Positions 19,371 through 28,543 of a DNA stretch of 64,000 nucleotides are shown in pieces. Source of the stretch: Bacillota bacterium (GTDB taxonomy: Bacteria > Bacillota > Clostridia > Christensenellales > SZUA-584); contig JAEXTV010000001.1 of the NCBI GenBank assembly GCA_023406895.1, positions 7,019-71,018 of the forward strand, given 5' to 3'. The notes under the pieces are model-generated. The model was not told the DNA's origin, searched no databases, and was given only the letters and a program-made list of their open reading frames with translations. A program made the translations under genes and the position numbers. Every line of letters starts with the position of its first letter. The stretch's first letter is position 1.

Positions 19371-20399
19371 TTGGATATATTAGCGACTGTACTGAGCATT
19401 GTCGGCGCGATGCTGGTTATCGGCATTATCATTATGGTTCATGAGCTGGGGCATTACAGCGTCGGCCGTGCGTGCAAAATCAAGGTGATGGAATTCTCGG
19501 TCGGGTTTGGCCCCAAAATCAAACAGTGGGTCAAAAACGATATTCTATATTCAATACGCTGGATATTCCTCGGCGGATACACGAAATTTTACGGTGAGGA
19601 CGAGGACCTCAACGACAGATTCGCGTTTAACAACCAGCCTGCCGGACGGCGTGCGCTCACAATTTTTGCGGGGCCGTTGTTTAATATTCTCTTTGCCTTT
19701 GTTCTGGTCATTATCACACTCGGCGCTTTCGGAGATTATGCTCCGATGATCGTAGAGGTACAGGAAGGTTCGCCGGCAGCGGCTGCGGGCCTTCAGGTGA
19801 ATGATGTGATACTGCAAATGAATGGTGTGGATATGGATTTTCTGATGGAATTCGATTCCGCCAAACAAGCCGCTGATAACATCAGCGCGCCTATCACTGT
19901 GAAACGCGGAGATGAGACGCTTCAGTTTAACGTACCATACGTTTACAGCGAAGAAAACAAAGGGTACATCATCGGCGTCAATATCGGCGGACAGCGCAAA
20001 ACCTTCGACTTCGGTGAAGCGATCGCGCTGTCGTTCAAATGGATGTTCCTCGTGGTTAAGGGAACAATATTGGCCATTTTCGGGCTGTTTGCGGGGCAAG
20101 GAACAGAAAACGCGATGGGCGTGGTCGGTATGGCCGATGTGCTGGGGCAGGCGATCCGCAGCAGCTTTGAGAATGTGCTGCGTCTGGGTGTGGCCATCAG
20201 CATCAGCTTGGGTATCTGCAACCTGCTGCCGCTGCCCGCGCTCGACGGCGGACGGCTTGTGTTCATCGGTATTGAAAAGGTATTTAAGAAACCTGTGCCG
20301 CGGAACGTAGAAGGCATGATTCACTTCGTGGGGTTTGCGCTGCTCATTGTGGTCTTTATACTGATCACCTATCAGGATCTGTCAAGAATGTTCGGCTAG
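19371..20399 (+). CDS. rseP: RIP metalloprotease RseP (site-2 protease)
   Basis: 342 aa with a TTG start. It has an HELGH zinc motif, an internal PDZ (..GSPAAAAGLQVNDVIL..) and a C-terminal NLLPLPALDGG. Confidence 0.9.
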   Translation: MDILATVLSIVGAMLVIGIIIMVHELGHYSVGRACKIKVMEFSVGFGPKIKQWVKNDILYSIRWIFLGGYTKFYGEDEDLNDRFAFNNQPAGRRALTIFAGPLFNILFAFVLVIITLGAFGDYAPMIVEVQEGSPAAAAGLQVNDVILQMNGVDMDFLMEFDSAKQAADNISAPITVKRGDETLQFNVPYVYSEENKGYIIGVNIGGQRKTFDFGEAIALSFKWMFLVVKGTILAIFGLFAGQGTENAMGVVGMADVLGQAIRSSFENVLRLGVAISISLGICNLLPLPALDGGRLVFIGIEKVFKKPVPRNVEGMIHFVGFALLIVVFILITYQDLSRMFG

Positions 20400-20444
20400 T
20401 TTTTGGGGTGCACAACAGCGCCTCTTGCCGGTGGGGTGGAATAT

Positions 20445-21494
20445 ATGAAGAGGCATACAAAAGAGGTCACGTTCGGCGGCGTTCGCATCGGCGGCGGCGC
20501 GGACGTGCTGATACAATCGATGACCAATACGGATACGGCGGATGCGGCGGCCACAATCGCGCAGATAGAGCGCCTTGAAGAGGCGGGCTGTGAAGCCGTG
20601 CGCTGCGCGTTTTACGCGGAGAACTGCGCGAGCGCGTTCCGTGAGATAAAGAAGCATATGCACGTGCCGCTCATTGCGGACGTGCATTTTGATGCACGGC
20701 TGGCTGTGCTTGCGATGGAGAACGGTGCCGACAAGGTGCGCATAAACCCCGGAAACCTGCGCGGTGAAAACGCGCTCGAGACGGTTGTGAGCAAGGCAAA
20801 GGAGACGGGTGCCGCGCTGCGCATCGGCGTGAACGCGGGGTCTCTGGAAAAGCGGCTGATCGATCAATTCGGCGGGCCTAGCCCGGAGGCGCTCGCACAG
20901 AGCGCAACGGATTGGGTCAACCGTGTTTACGCCATGGGGTTTGAGAACGTCGTGGTATCTATCAAAGCGTCTTCGGTGCCCACGTGTGTCGCGGCGAACC
21001 GGGCGTTTTCCGCTGAGTGTGACGCGCCGCTGCATATCGGCATCACCGAGGCGGGCACATATGAGAATGCGATCGTCAAATCGGCTGTGGGGCTTGGCGC
21101 GCTGCTGCTCGACGGCATCGGCGATACGATGCGCGTGTCGATCACGGGAGACCCTGTGAGCGAGATTGAAGCCGCACGGCGGATTCTGCAGAGCGCGGGC
21201 GTGCGCACGTTCTATCCCGAGGTGATCAGCTGCCCCACATGTGCGCGCACAAAAATCGATGTGGCGGCGCTCGCAAGAAGTGTGGAGAATATTCTTAAAA
21301 CAAGACCGCGTCCCGTGACCGCAGCGGTTATGGGCTGTATTGTCAACGGGCCCGGAGAAGCCAGACACGCGGACATTGGCATTGCGGGCGGCGATAAAAA
21401 GGCGGCGCTGTTCGCCAAGGGTGAGCTCATCGGCACATTTGCCGAAGATGACATTTTAAACGCCTTCACTCATTATCTCGACACACATTTTTGA
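20445..21494 (+). CDS. ispG: 4-hydroxy-3-methylbut-2-en-1-yl diphosphate synthase
   Basis: ORF 20403..21494. ATG 20445 follows GGGGTGGA. It contains ..VLIQSMTNTDT.., ..RINPGN.. and the C-terminal CPTCAR..GCIVNGPGE cluster. Confidence 0.93.
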   Translation: MKRHTKEVTFGGVRIGGGADVLIQSMTNTDTADAAATIAQIERLEEAGCEAVRCAFYAENCASAFREIKKHMHVPLIADVHFDARLAVLAMENGADKVRINPGNLRGENALETVVSKAKETGAALRIGVNAGSLEKRLIDQFGGPSPEALAQSATDWVNRVYAMGFENVVVSIKASSVPTCVAANRAFSAECDAPLHIGITEAGTYENAIVKSAVGLGALLLDGIGDTMRVSITGDPVSEIEAARRILQSAGVRTFYPEVISCPTCARTKIDVAALARSVENILKTRPRPVTAAVMGCIVNGPGEARHADIGIAGGDKKAALFAKGELIGTFAEDDILNAFTHYLDTHF

Positions 21495-21678
21495 GGAAAT
21501 ACATATGAACCCGGCACGCTGACTGGTCGGTTTATTTTGCTCATCTGTATGCTGGTGCCGCCTCAAAAAAGCATGCAGTTTGGGTGGCTTACTGCCCGCA
21601 GAAAGCAAATTAGGCTTGCCGAATCATTGCGGCTGATTGAATCTGTACTTTCGCAACACATGAAACAGGGGGCAACGG

Positions 21679-24600
21679 TTGAAACCGGATAATTTTTTCG
21701 CCGCGCTTAAAAGCAGCGTCGGCGTGGATGAACGCTATGATCTGCAGTTTGAAAAAGCACAGCACGACGTGAAAAATGCGCGGCTGCTGCTGCATTTTTG
21801 CTGCGACCTGCTGCCCGCTGATGCCTGCCTTTCCATTGAGAATTACGTGAAAGAGAATGTCGATAAAAATGCCGAGGTTTGTTTTCAGTACAGAAATTTG
21901 AATGAAAATGACGCGGCCCAGTTTGACGCACATATCAGGGAACTGTGCCTTGCATACAGGCCGGCCTTCGCCCCTTTCATGCAGCGCTGTTTGATACAGC
22001 TCAAGGGCAAAACGCTGCATGTGGATTTCGCGGACGATCTTGCCCCTGAACTTTTTTCCTCGATGGGCATTAAGGATTATCTATCGGGTTATTTGCTGCG
22101 GTGTCTTGGCGAAGGTGCGTCGTTAAGAACGGGCCGGTGCGCGCCCGAAGCCTTGCCCGCACCTGTGCGCAAGAAAGCCGCGAAACAAAAAAGTGTGGCG
22201 GTTGAAAAGGCTGCGCCCAAGCCGGCTCTGCCCGATAAGCCCGCCAAAGACGCAAAAGCGGAGCCCAAAAAGGAACAAACCAGCCTGATACACGGAAAGC
22301 ATGTGCCGGGCGAGTTAACGCGCATCAAGGAACTCTCCGAACTGACGGGCGCCTGCGTGATCAGCGGGCAGATGATAGACATAAAATCGTTCGACATCAA
22401 AAACGAGACGCGCGGCAAGAAATCCATCATCGTGTTCAGCGTGACGGACCTGACTTCGACGGTGACCTGCAAGGCGTTTGTGGGGCGCGATGTGCGCGAC
22501 GAGATCATGGAACGCATGCAAAAGGCACCGGCACTGCGCGTGGCTGGTACGGCGGGGTACGACAGCTTTTCGCGCGAGCTGACCATTTCGGTGAAAAGCA
22601 TTGAGGAAACGAAGGCGGTACGGCGCGAGGATCACGCGGAAGTTAAACGCGTGGAGCTGCATATGCATACCAACATGAGCGCGCTCGACGGCTGTGCCGA
22701 CGAGGTGGACGTGGTGAAACGCGCTGCCGCGTTTGGACACGAGGCCGTGGCGATTACGGATCACGGCGTGGTGCAGGCGTTTCCGCGCGCGTTTGATACC
22801 GCAAAAAAGCTCGGTATCAAGGTGATATACGGCATGGAAGCGTACATGTTCGACGATGTGGGCTTTTCGTACAGCGAAGAGTTTGCGGACGAATACGTGG
22901 TGTTCGACCTCGAGACGACGGGGCTGAACCCAAGGTATTGCGGCATCACCGAAATCGGCGCGGTAAGACTGCGCCGCGGGGAAATCGTGGATACGTTCTC
23001 GACGTTTGTGAACCCCGAGCAGCCGATCAGTCAGCAGATTACCGACATCACGGGCATCACGGATGAGATGGTGAAGGACGCACCCAAAATGGGCGAAGCG
23101 CTCGACATGTTCAAATTCTACATTGGAGATAAGCCGCTGGCCGCACATAATGCGCCGTTTGACATGAGCTTCATCAAAAAACACGGTGAGGACAACGGTA
23201 TACGGTTCGACAACCCGTGCCTTGATACGGTGGGGCTGTTGAAGCGCACGTTCCCGAACCACAAATCATACAGCCTTGGCAATCTCGCTGCGGATTTTAA
23301 TATCAAGCTCCGGCATCACCGTGCGCTGGACGACGCGGAATGCACCGCCAAGCTGATGGCGATGGCGATCAATCAACTGCAAAACCCACAAGGGCCAATA
23401 GAAACGACCGATGAAAAAAACATCAAGACGAACCATATCATTCTGCTCTGTAAAGATAAAAAGGGGCTTTTTAATCTTTATAAGCTTGTCAGCGAATCGC
23501 ATATCAAGCATTTTTACAGACGGCCGCGCGTTCCGAAATCGCTGCTGATGCAGCACCGCGAGGGGCTCATTGTGGGTTCGGCCTGCGAGCAGGGTGAGTT
23601 GATTCAGGCAATACTGCGCTTTGCGTCGGATGGTGAACTTGAGACGATCGCCTCATTTTACGATTATCTTGAGGTGCAGCCGGACGGCAACAACATGTTC
23701 ATGGTGCGCGAAGGGCGCCTGCGAGACGTGGAGGCGGTGCGCGATATCACGCGGCGTGTTGTGGCGCTCGGGGAAAAGCTTAATAAGCCGGTGATCGCGA
23801 CTTGCGACGCACATTTCATTGAGCCGCAGGACGAATACTTTCGGCGCATACTGATGCACGGACAGAAGTTCTCGGACGCGGACAATCAGGCACCGCTTTA
23901 TTTCCGCACAACGGACGAGATGCTCGGTGAATTCGCATATCTCGGAGAAGCCAAGGCCCGCGAGATTGTGATCGACAATACGCGCGCGGTCGCGGCACAG
24001 GTGGAATCCATTGTGCTGCTTCCCGACGATACCGCGATGCCCGAAATTCCCGATGCGGCCGAAAAGCTCGAGAAAATGTGCTTTGATAACGCACGCGCGA
24101 AATACGGCGACCCGCTGCCCGAAAACGTGGAAACGCGTTTGCGGTTTGAACTCGATAATATCATCCATCACGGCTACAGCGTGCTGTATTACATTGCCTA
24201 CGAGCTCGTAAAGCACTCGCTCGACGACGGCTACCTTGTCGGGTCGCGCGGCAGTGTGGGCTCGTCTCTCGCGGCGACAATGGCGGGCATCACCGAGGTG
24301 AACGCGCTGCCGCCTCACTATGTGTGTCCAAACTGCTGCCACAGCGATTTTGGTGTGGATACGAAAAAGTACGCGTGCGGGCCCGATTTGCCGCCAAAGG
24401 ACTGCCCAATGTGCGGCACGCCCTATTTGCGGGACGGGTACGAGATTCCGTTTGCGACATTCCTTGGCATCAACGCGGATAAGGTGCCGGATATCGATCT
24501 TAACTTCTCGGGCGTTTACCAGCCCGAGGCGCATAAATTCATACTCGAATTCTTCGGTGAGGAGCACGTGTTCCGCGCGGGCACCATCAGCAGCATCAAG

Positions 24601-25911
24601 GACCAAACGGCCTACGGCTTTGTGAAGAACTATCTCGCGGAGAAAGGCATTGTGTCGAGCAAGGCCGAGATCGACCGGCTCACAAAAGGCGTATCGGGCA
24701 CCAAACGCACGACGGGCCAGCATCCGGGCGGCCTTGTGATACTGCCCAAGAGCCGCGATATTCATGAATTTACGCCCATTCAATATCCCGCGAACGACGC
24801 TTCTTCGGGCAGTGTGACCACGCATTATAACTTTAACTCGCTGCACGACCGGCTCGTTAAACTTGATATTCTCGGCCATGACGACCCGACGGCTTTGCGC
24901 ATGCTGCAGGATATCACGGGGATCAACCCCAAAGAGGTGCCGATTAACGATACCGATACGCTCTCGCTGTTTTCATCGACCAGAGCGCTCGGCCTTAAGC
25001 CCGAGCAGATACTCGGCTGCGAGGTGGGCAGCATCGCAATCCCCGAATTCGGCACCAAGTTCGTTCGTCAGATACTCGTGGAGACGCAGCCGACGACGAT
25101 TGACGAACTCGTCCGCATCGCGGGGCTCTCGCATGGCACCGACGTTTGGCTTAACAACGCGCACGACCTCATACAGGATGGCACGGCCACGCTGCGCGAG
25201 GTCATCTGTACGCGCGACGATATTATGAACTATCTCGTGGCCAAGGGCATGGATGCGACGGAATCGTTCTTCATCATGGAATCCGTCAGAAAGGGCAAGG
25301 GCTTGAAGGACGACTGGGAAGCGCACATGCGCGAAGCGGGCGTGCCGGATTGGTTCATCGATTCGTGCAAAAAGATTGCCTACATGTTCCCGCGTGCCCA
25401 TGCGGTGGCCTACGTCATGATGGCGCTTCGCATCGCTTATTTCAAAGTGCACCATCCGCGCGCGTTTTACGCCACATATTTCAGTGTGCGTGCCGACAAT
25501 CTCGACGCGGCCTATTTGCATTCGGGCGAAACGGTGCGTGCGCGCATTGCGCATATTGAAGCGCAGGGCAAGGCCGCGACGGCGCTCGAACAGTCGCAGC
25601 TCACGGTGATGGAGGTGGCGCTCGAGATGTATGAGCGCGGTATTGAATTTCTGCCGTGCGACCTCTACAAATCCGACGCGGTGAACTGCCTGATTGAGGA
25701 TGAAGGACTGCGTCTGCCGTTTACCGCGCTGGGCGGCACAGGAGCATCCGCGGCGCAAGGCATCGTAAGAGCGCGGGCGGCGGGCCCGTTCCTGTCGGTG
25801 GAGGATTTGAAGGCGCGCTCGGGCATTTCAAGCGCGGTGGTTTCGAAGCTGGAGGAAAACGGATGTCTCAAAGGGCTGCTTAAGAGCAACCAGCTGAGTT
25901 TGTTTGATTGA
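21679..25911 (+). CDS. polC: DNA polymerase III alpha subunit, PolC type
   Basis: 1410 aa with a TTG start behind AGGGGG. A PHP domain (VELHMHTNMSALDG) is interrupted by a DEDDh exonuclease (YVVFDLETTGL..; ..HRALDDAE..). The CPNC..CPMCG zinc finger is also present. Confidence 0.97.
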   Translation: MKPDNFFAALKSSVGVDERYDLQFEKAQHDVKNARLLLHFCCDLLPADACLSIENYVKENVDKNAEVCFQYRNLNENDAAQFDAHIRELCLAYRPAFAPFMQRCLIQLKGKTLHVDFADDLAPELFSSMGIKDYLSGYLLRCLGEGASLRTGRCAPEALPAPVRKKAAKQKSVAVEKAAPKPALPDKPAKDAKAEPKKEQTSLIHGKHVPGELTRIKELSELTGACVISGQMIDIKSFDIKNETRGKKSIIVFSVTDLTSTVTCKAFVGRDVRDEIMERMQKAPALRVAGTAGYDSFSRELTISVKSIEETKAVRREDHAEVKRVELHMHTNMSALDGCADEVDVVKRAAAFGHEAVAITDHGVVQAFPRAFDTAKKLGIKVIYGMEAYMFDDVGFSYSEEFADEYVVFDLETTGLNPRYCGITEIGAVRLRRGEIVDTFSTFVNPEQPISQQITDITGITDEMVKDAPKMGEALDMFKFYIGDKPLAAHNAPFDMSFIKKHGEDNGIRFDNPCLDTVGLLKRTFPNHKSYSLGNLAADFNIKLRHHRALDDAECTAKLMAMAINQLQNPQGPIETTDEKNIKTNHIILLCKDKKGLFNLYKLVSESHIKHFYRRPRVPKSLLMQHREGLIVGSACEQGELIQAILRFASDGELETIASFYDYLEVQPDGNNMFMVREGRLRDVEAVRDITRRVVALGEKLNKPVIATCDAHFIEPQDEYFRRILMHGQKFSDADNQAPLYFRTTDEMLGEFAYLGEAKAREIVIDNTRAVAAQVESIVLLPDDTAMPEIPDAAEKLEKMCFDNARAKYGDPLPENVETRLRFELDNIIHHGYSVLYYIAYELVKHSLDDGYLVGSRGSVGSSLAATMAGITEVNALPPHYVCPNCCHSDFGVDTKKYACGPDLPPKDCPMCGTPYLRDGYEIPFATFLGINADKVPDIDLNFSGVYQPEAHKFILEFFGEEHVFRAGTISSIKDQTAYGFVKNYLAEKGIVSSKAEIDRLTKGVSGTKRTTGQHPGGLVILPKSRDIHEFTPIQYPANDASSGSVTTHYNFNSLHDRLVKLDILGHDDPTALRMLQDITGINPKEVPINDTDTLSLFSSTRALGLKPEQILGCEVGSIAIPEFGTKFVRQILVETQPTTIDELVRIAGLSHGTDVWLNNAHDLIQDGTATLREVICTRDDIMNYLVAKGMDATESFFIMESVRKGKGLKDDWEAHMREAGVPDWFIDSCKKIAYMFPRAHAVAYVMMALRIAYFKVHHPRAFYATYFSVRADNLDAAYLHSGETVRARIAHIEAQGKAATALEQSQLTVMEVALEMYERGIEFLPCDLYKSDAVNCLIEDEGLRLPFTALGGTGASAAQGIVRARAAGPFLSVEDLKARSGISSAVVSKLEENGCLKGLLKSNQLSLFD

Positions 25912-25990
25912 CACCTGAAAATGGAATAATTGCGGCGTTTCTTATCGGACTTCCCGGGGCAGATTAAAAATATACGGAGGGGGATGGCAG

Positions 25991-26938
25991 ATGAGTGCAC
26001 TCAACAACAAGATTGTGGTGGTGGGCGCAGGCAAAGTGGGATCAACCACAGCTTATACGCTGATGTTGAGCCATCTTGCGTCGGAAATTGTGCTGATTGA
26101 CGTGAACAAAGACCGTGCGCAGGGCGAAGCTCTTGACATCAGCCACGGTATCGCGTACTTATGGCAGACCATCGTGAGAGCTGGGGACTACGAGGACTGC
26201 GCGGACGCCGATATCATTATCATCACGGCGGGCATCGGGCGGCAGCCGGGCCAGACGCGTCTCGATCTTGCGCGGACGAATGTGAGTATTGTTCGGGCCA
26301 TTATGGAAGGCGTAATGAAGCACGCGGCGAATCCGCTGATGCTCATCATCTCCAATCCCGTGGATGTACTGACGTATATCGTGCAGAATGAAACGGGGCT
26401 GCCTGCGTCTCGAGTGATCGGCTCGGGCACAATGCTCGATACCGGACGCTTCCGGTATCTGCTGAGTGACCACTGCAAGGTGGATGTGCGCAGTATTCAT
26501 GCGTTTATCGTGGGGGAACACGGCGACAGTGAACTGCCGCTTTGGAGCCATGCCTCGCTCGCATCCAAACCCTTTAACGAATACTGCGACAAATGCGGCC
26601 ATCCGTGCGGCGGCGTCAACCGTCAAAAGATGTTTGAAGCCACGCGTGATGCAGGCATTGAAATCATCGAGAAGAAGGGTGCCACGTTTTACGGTGTGTC
26701 TCTCGCGGCGGCCCGTATTGCGGCGGCCATTATGGGCAATGAAAACTCTGTGCTCACGCTATCCAGCGTGCTGAATGGTGAATATGGCATTAGCGGTGTG
26801 GCGCTCAGCCTGCCCTGCATTGTCAATCGCAGCGGTATCGACCGATTCCTCGATCTGCAGATCACAGAAGAAGAAAAAAACTTGCTGCAAGCCTCCGCAG
26901 AAAAACTAAAAAATGCAATCAGGGATGTTTACCAATAA
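25991..26938 (+). CDS. ldh: L-lactate dehydrogenase (copy 1)
   Basis: 315 aa. Contains VVVGAGKVGST, ..ITAGIGRQPGQTRLDL.. and ..IVGEHGDSE.. (catalytic His). Confidence 0.93.
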   Translation: MSALNNKIVVVGAGKVGSTTAYTLMLSHLASEIVLIDVNKDRAQGEALDISHGIAYLWQTIVRAGDYEDCADADIIIITAGIGRQPGQTRLDLARTNVSIVRAIMEGVMKHAANPLMLIISNPVDVLTYIVQNETGLPASRVIGSGTMLDTGRFRYLLSDHCKVDVRSIHAFIVGEHGDSELPLWSHASLASKPFNEYCDKCGHPCGGVNRQKMFEATRDAGIEIIEKKGATFYGVSLAAARIAAAIMGNENSVLTLSSVLNGEYGISGVALSLPCIVNRSGIDRFLDLQITEEEKNLLQASAEKLKNAIRDVYQ

Positions 26939-27255
26939 TGGATTGGATCGTTGAACAGGGCCGTGTTTTCAGCAAAGACGATCACGGGGAATTGATTGCG
27001 GAAGCCACATTCTATGAAAAATCGAATGGCGATTTTTATATCGATCATACTTATGTGGTGCCTCGGTTAAGAGGCCGCGGTATCGCCGATGAAATGATGA
27101 AAGCTCTGGCGACAGTGATTCGGGAAAGAGGGGGCAAAGTCACGGCAAGCTGCTCATATGCAAATGCGTGGCTCAAAAGGCATAAAGGTGAATATACCGA
27201 TATCATTTCAAAGGATCTGATGAATGAAGCCATAGCTTGCCATTTAAAACAGTAA
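26938..27255 (+). CDS. Small GNAT-family N-acetyltransferase (YjdJ-like)
   Basis: 105 aa. The ATG overlaps the ldh stop. Contains ..HTYVVPRLRGRGIADEMM..C.YANAWLKRH... Confidence 0.75.
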   Translation: MDWIVEQGRVFSKDDHGELIAEATFYEKSNGDFYIDHTYVVPRLRGRGIADEMMKALATVIRERGGKVTASCSYANAWLKRHKGEYTDIISKDLMNEAIACHLKQ

Positions 27256-27309
27256 TATTGGAACATATGGATACAAATGATAATTATATTATATTTGAGA
27301 TAATTTAAC

Positions 27310-27334
27310 ACGCCGTAAACAGGCGTTTTTTTTT
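27310..27334 (+). terminator. Rho-independent terminator
   Basis: ACGCC-7 nt-GGCGT followed by a run of 9 T. Confidence 0.6.
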
Positions 27335-27493
27335 AAAATATGTTAAAAACACAGTAAAATAGAGAAAACAAGGCTATATGCAAGTCATTAATGAGCTTAT
27401 ATCATTTCAGACAAGTATACATCAACAGTAACCGAAATTCGGGTGAATAAGGCGTTTGATTTTTTTTTCACAATGTAATAACATCTAAAGAAT

Positions 27494-27511
27494 TTCTGAA
27501 ATTTTTCAGAA
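27494..27511 (+). promoter_or_regulatory. Candidate Rex-type operator upstream of ldh copy 2
   Basis: 18-bp palindrome TTCTGAAATTTTTCAGAA. Each half differs by one base from the remembered Rex consensus TTGTGAA-N4-TTCACAA. It lies 59 nt upstream of the ldh ATG in an AT-rich promoter region. Confidence 0.5.
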
Positions 27512-27569
27512 TGTTAGCAGACTTCGATAAAAATTGAAATAAAAAATTTATAACGAGGAAGGACTATTT

Positions 27570-28520
27570 ATGAACATTGCATCAAACAAAAGCAAGGTTG
27601 TTGTGATCGGTGCAGGCAAAGTGGGGTCGACGGTGGCTTACACGATTATGATGAACAACCTGACATCAGAGATTGTGCTTGTGGATGTAGACAAAAGCCG
27701 TGCGCGCGGCGAAGCCCTCGACATCAGTCATGGTATTGCATATTTTAAGCAGCTGACCATACGGGAAGGGGACTATGAGGATTGTGCCGATGCCGATGTC
27801 ATTATCATTTCAGCGGGTATTGGCCGTCAGCCGGGACAAACGCGCATTGATCTTGCGCGTACCAATGTGTCCATCACACGCGACATCCTTTCCAAGATTA
27901 TGAAGCACGCGAGCAACCCTCTTATTATGCTGATTTCGAACCCTGTGGATGTACTCACTTACATGGTTCAAAAAGAAAGCGGCCTGCTGGCTACGCGCGT
28001 CATCGGGACGGGCACAATGCTCGATACAGGACGTTTTCGTTATTTGCTTAGCCAGCATTGTAAAGTGGACGTCAGAAACGTCCATGCGTATATTGTCGGC
28101 GAACACGGAGACAGTGAAGTGCCGGTTTGGAGCCGTGCCTCGATTGCATCAAAGCCGTTTGATGAATATTGCGAGGATTGCCCGCGCCGTTGCCAGAAAA
28201 TCAACCGTCAGCAGATTTTTGAGGAAACGCGTGACGGCGGTGCTGAGATCATCAAGGCCAAAGGAGCCACGTTCTACGGCGTTGCACTCGCGGCAACACG
28301 TTTGCTGGGTGCCATCATGGGAGACGAAAACTCTGTCCTGACGCTTTCGACATCGCTTAGCGGCAATTACGGCATCAGCGATGTGGCCGTCAGCCTGCCG
28401 TGCGTTGTGAACCGCAGCGGTATCGACCGTTATCTGGATATCCGTATGACCGATGACGAGCTCACTCAGCTGCATCTGTCGGCAGAGAAGTTAAAAGGCG
28501 TTATCAAAGAAGTATTGTAA
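27570..28520 (+). CDS. ldh: L-lactate dehydrogenase (copy 2, paralog of 25991..26938)
   Basis: 316 aa with the same motif set as copy 1. Long identical blocks include GEALDISHGIAY, GDYEDCADAD, AGIGRQPGQTR, GTMLDTGRFRYLLS and IVGEHGDSE. Confidence 0.93.
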   Translation: MNIASNKSKVVVIGAGKVGSTVAYTIMMNNLTSEIVLVDVDKSRARGEALDISHGIAYFKQLTIREGDYEDCADADVIIISAGIGRQPGQTRIDLARTNVSITRDILSKIMKHASNPLIMLISNPVDVLTYMVQKESGLLATRVIGTGTMLDTGRFRYLLSQHCKVDVRNVHAYIVGEHGDSEVPVWSRASIASKPFDEYCEDCPRRCQKINRQQIFEETRDGGAEIIKAKGATFYGVALAATRLLGAIMGDENSVLTLSTSLSGNYGISDVAVSLPCVVNRSGIDRYLDIRMTDDELTQLHLSAEKLKGVIKEVL

Positions 28521-28543
28521 TATATGGAAGGAGAAAGAACATT

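Noticed and set aside
23653-24879. 408-aa minus-strand ORF (plus neighbours 22315..23262 and 24973..25758)
   Set aside because: It is antisense to polC, whose + frame has unmistakable PHP, exonuclease and zinc-finger motifs. The composition is that of a shadow ORF.
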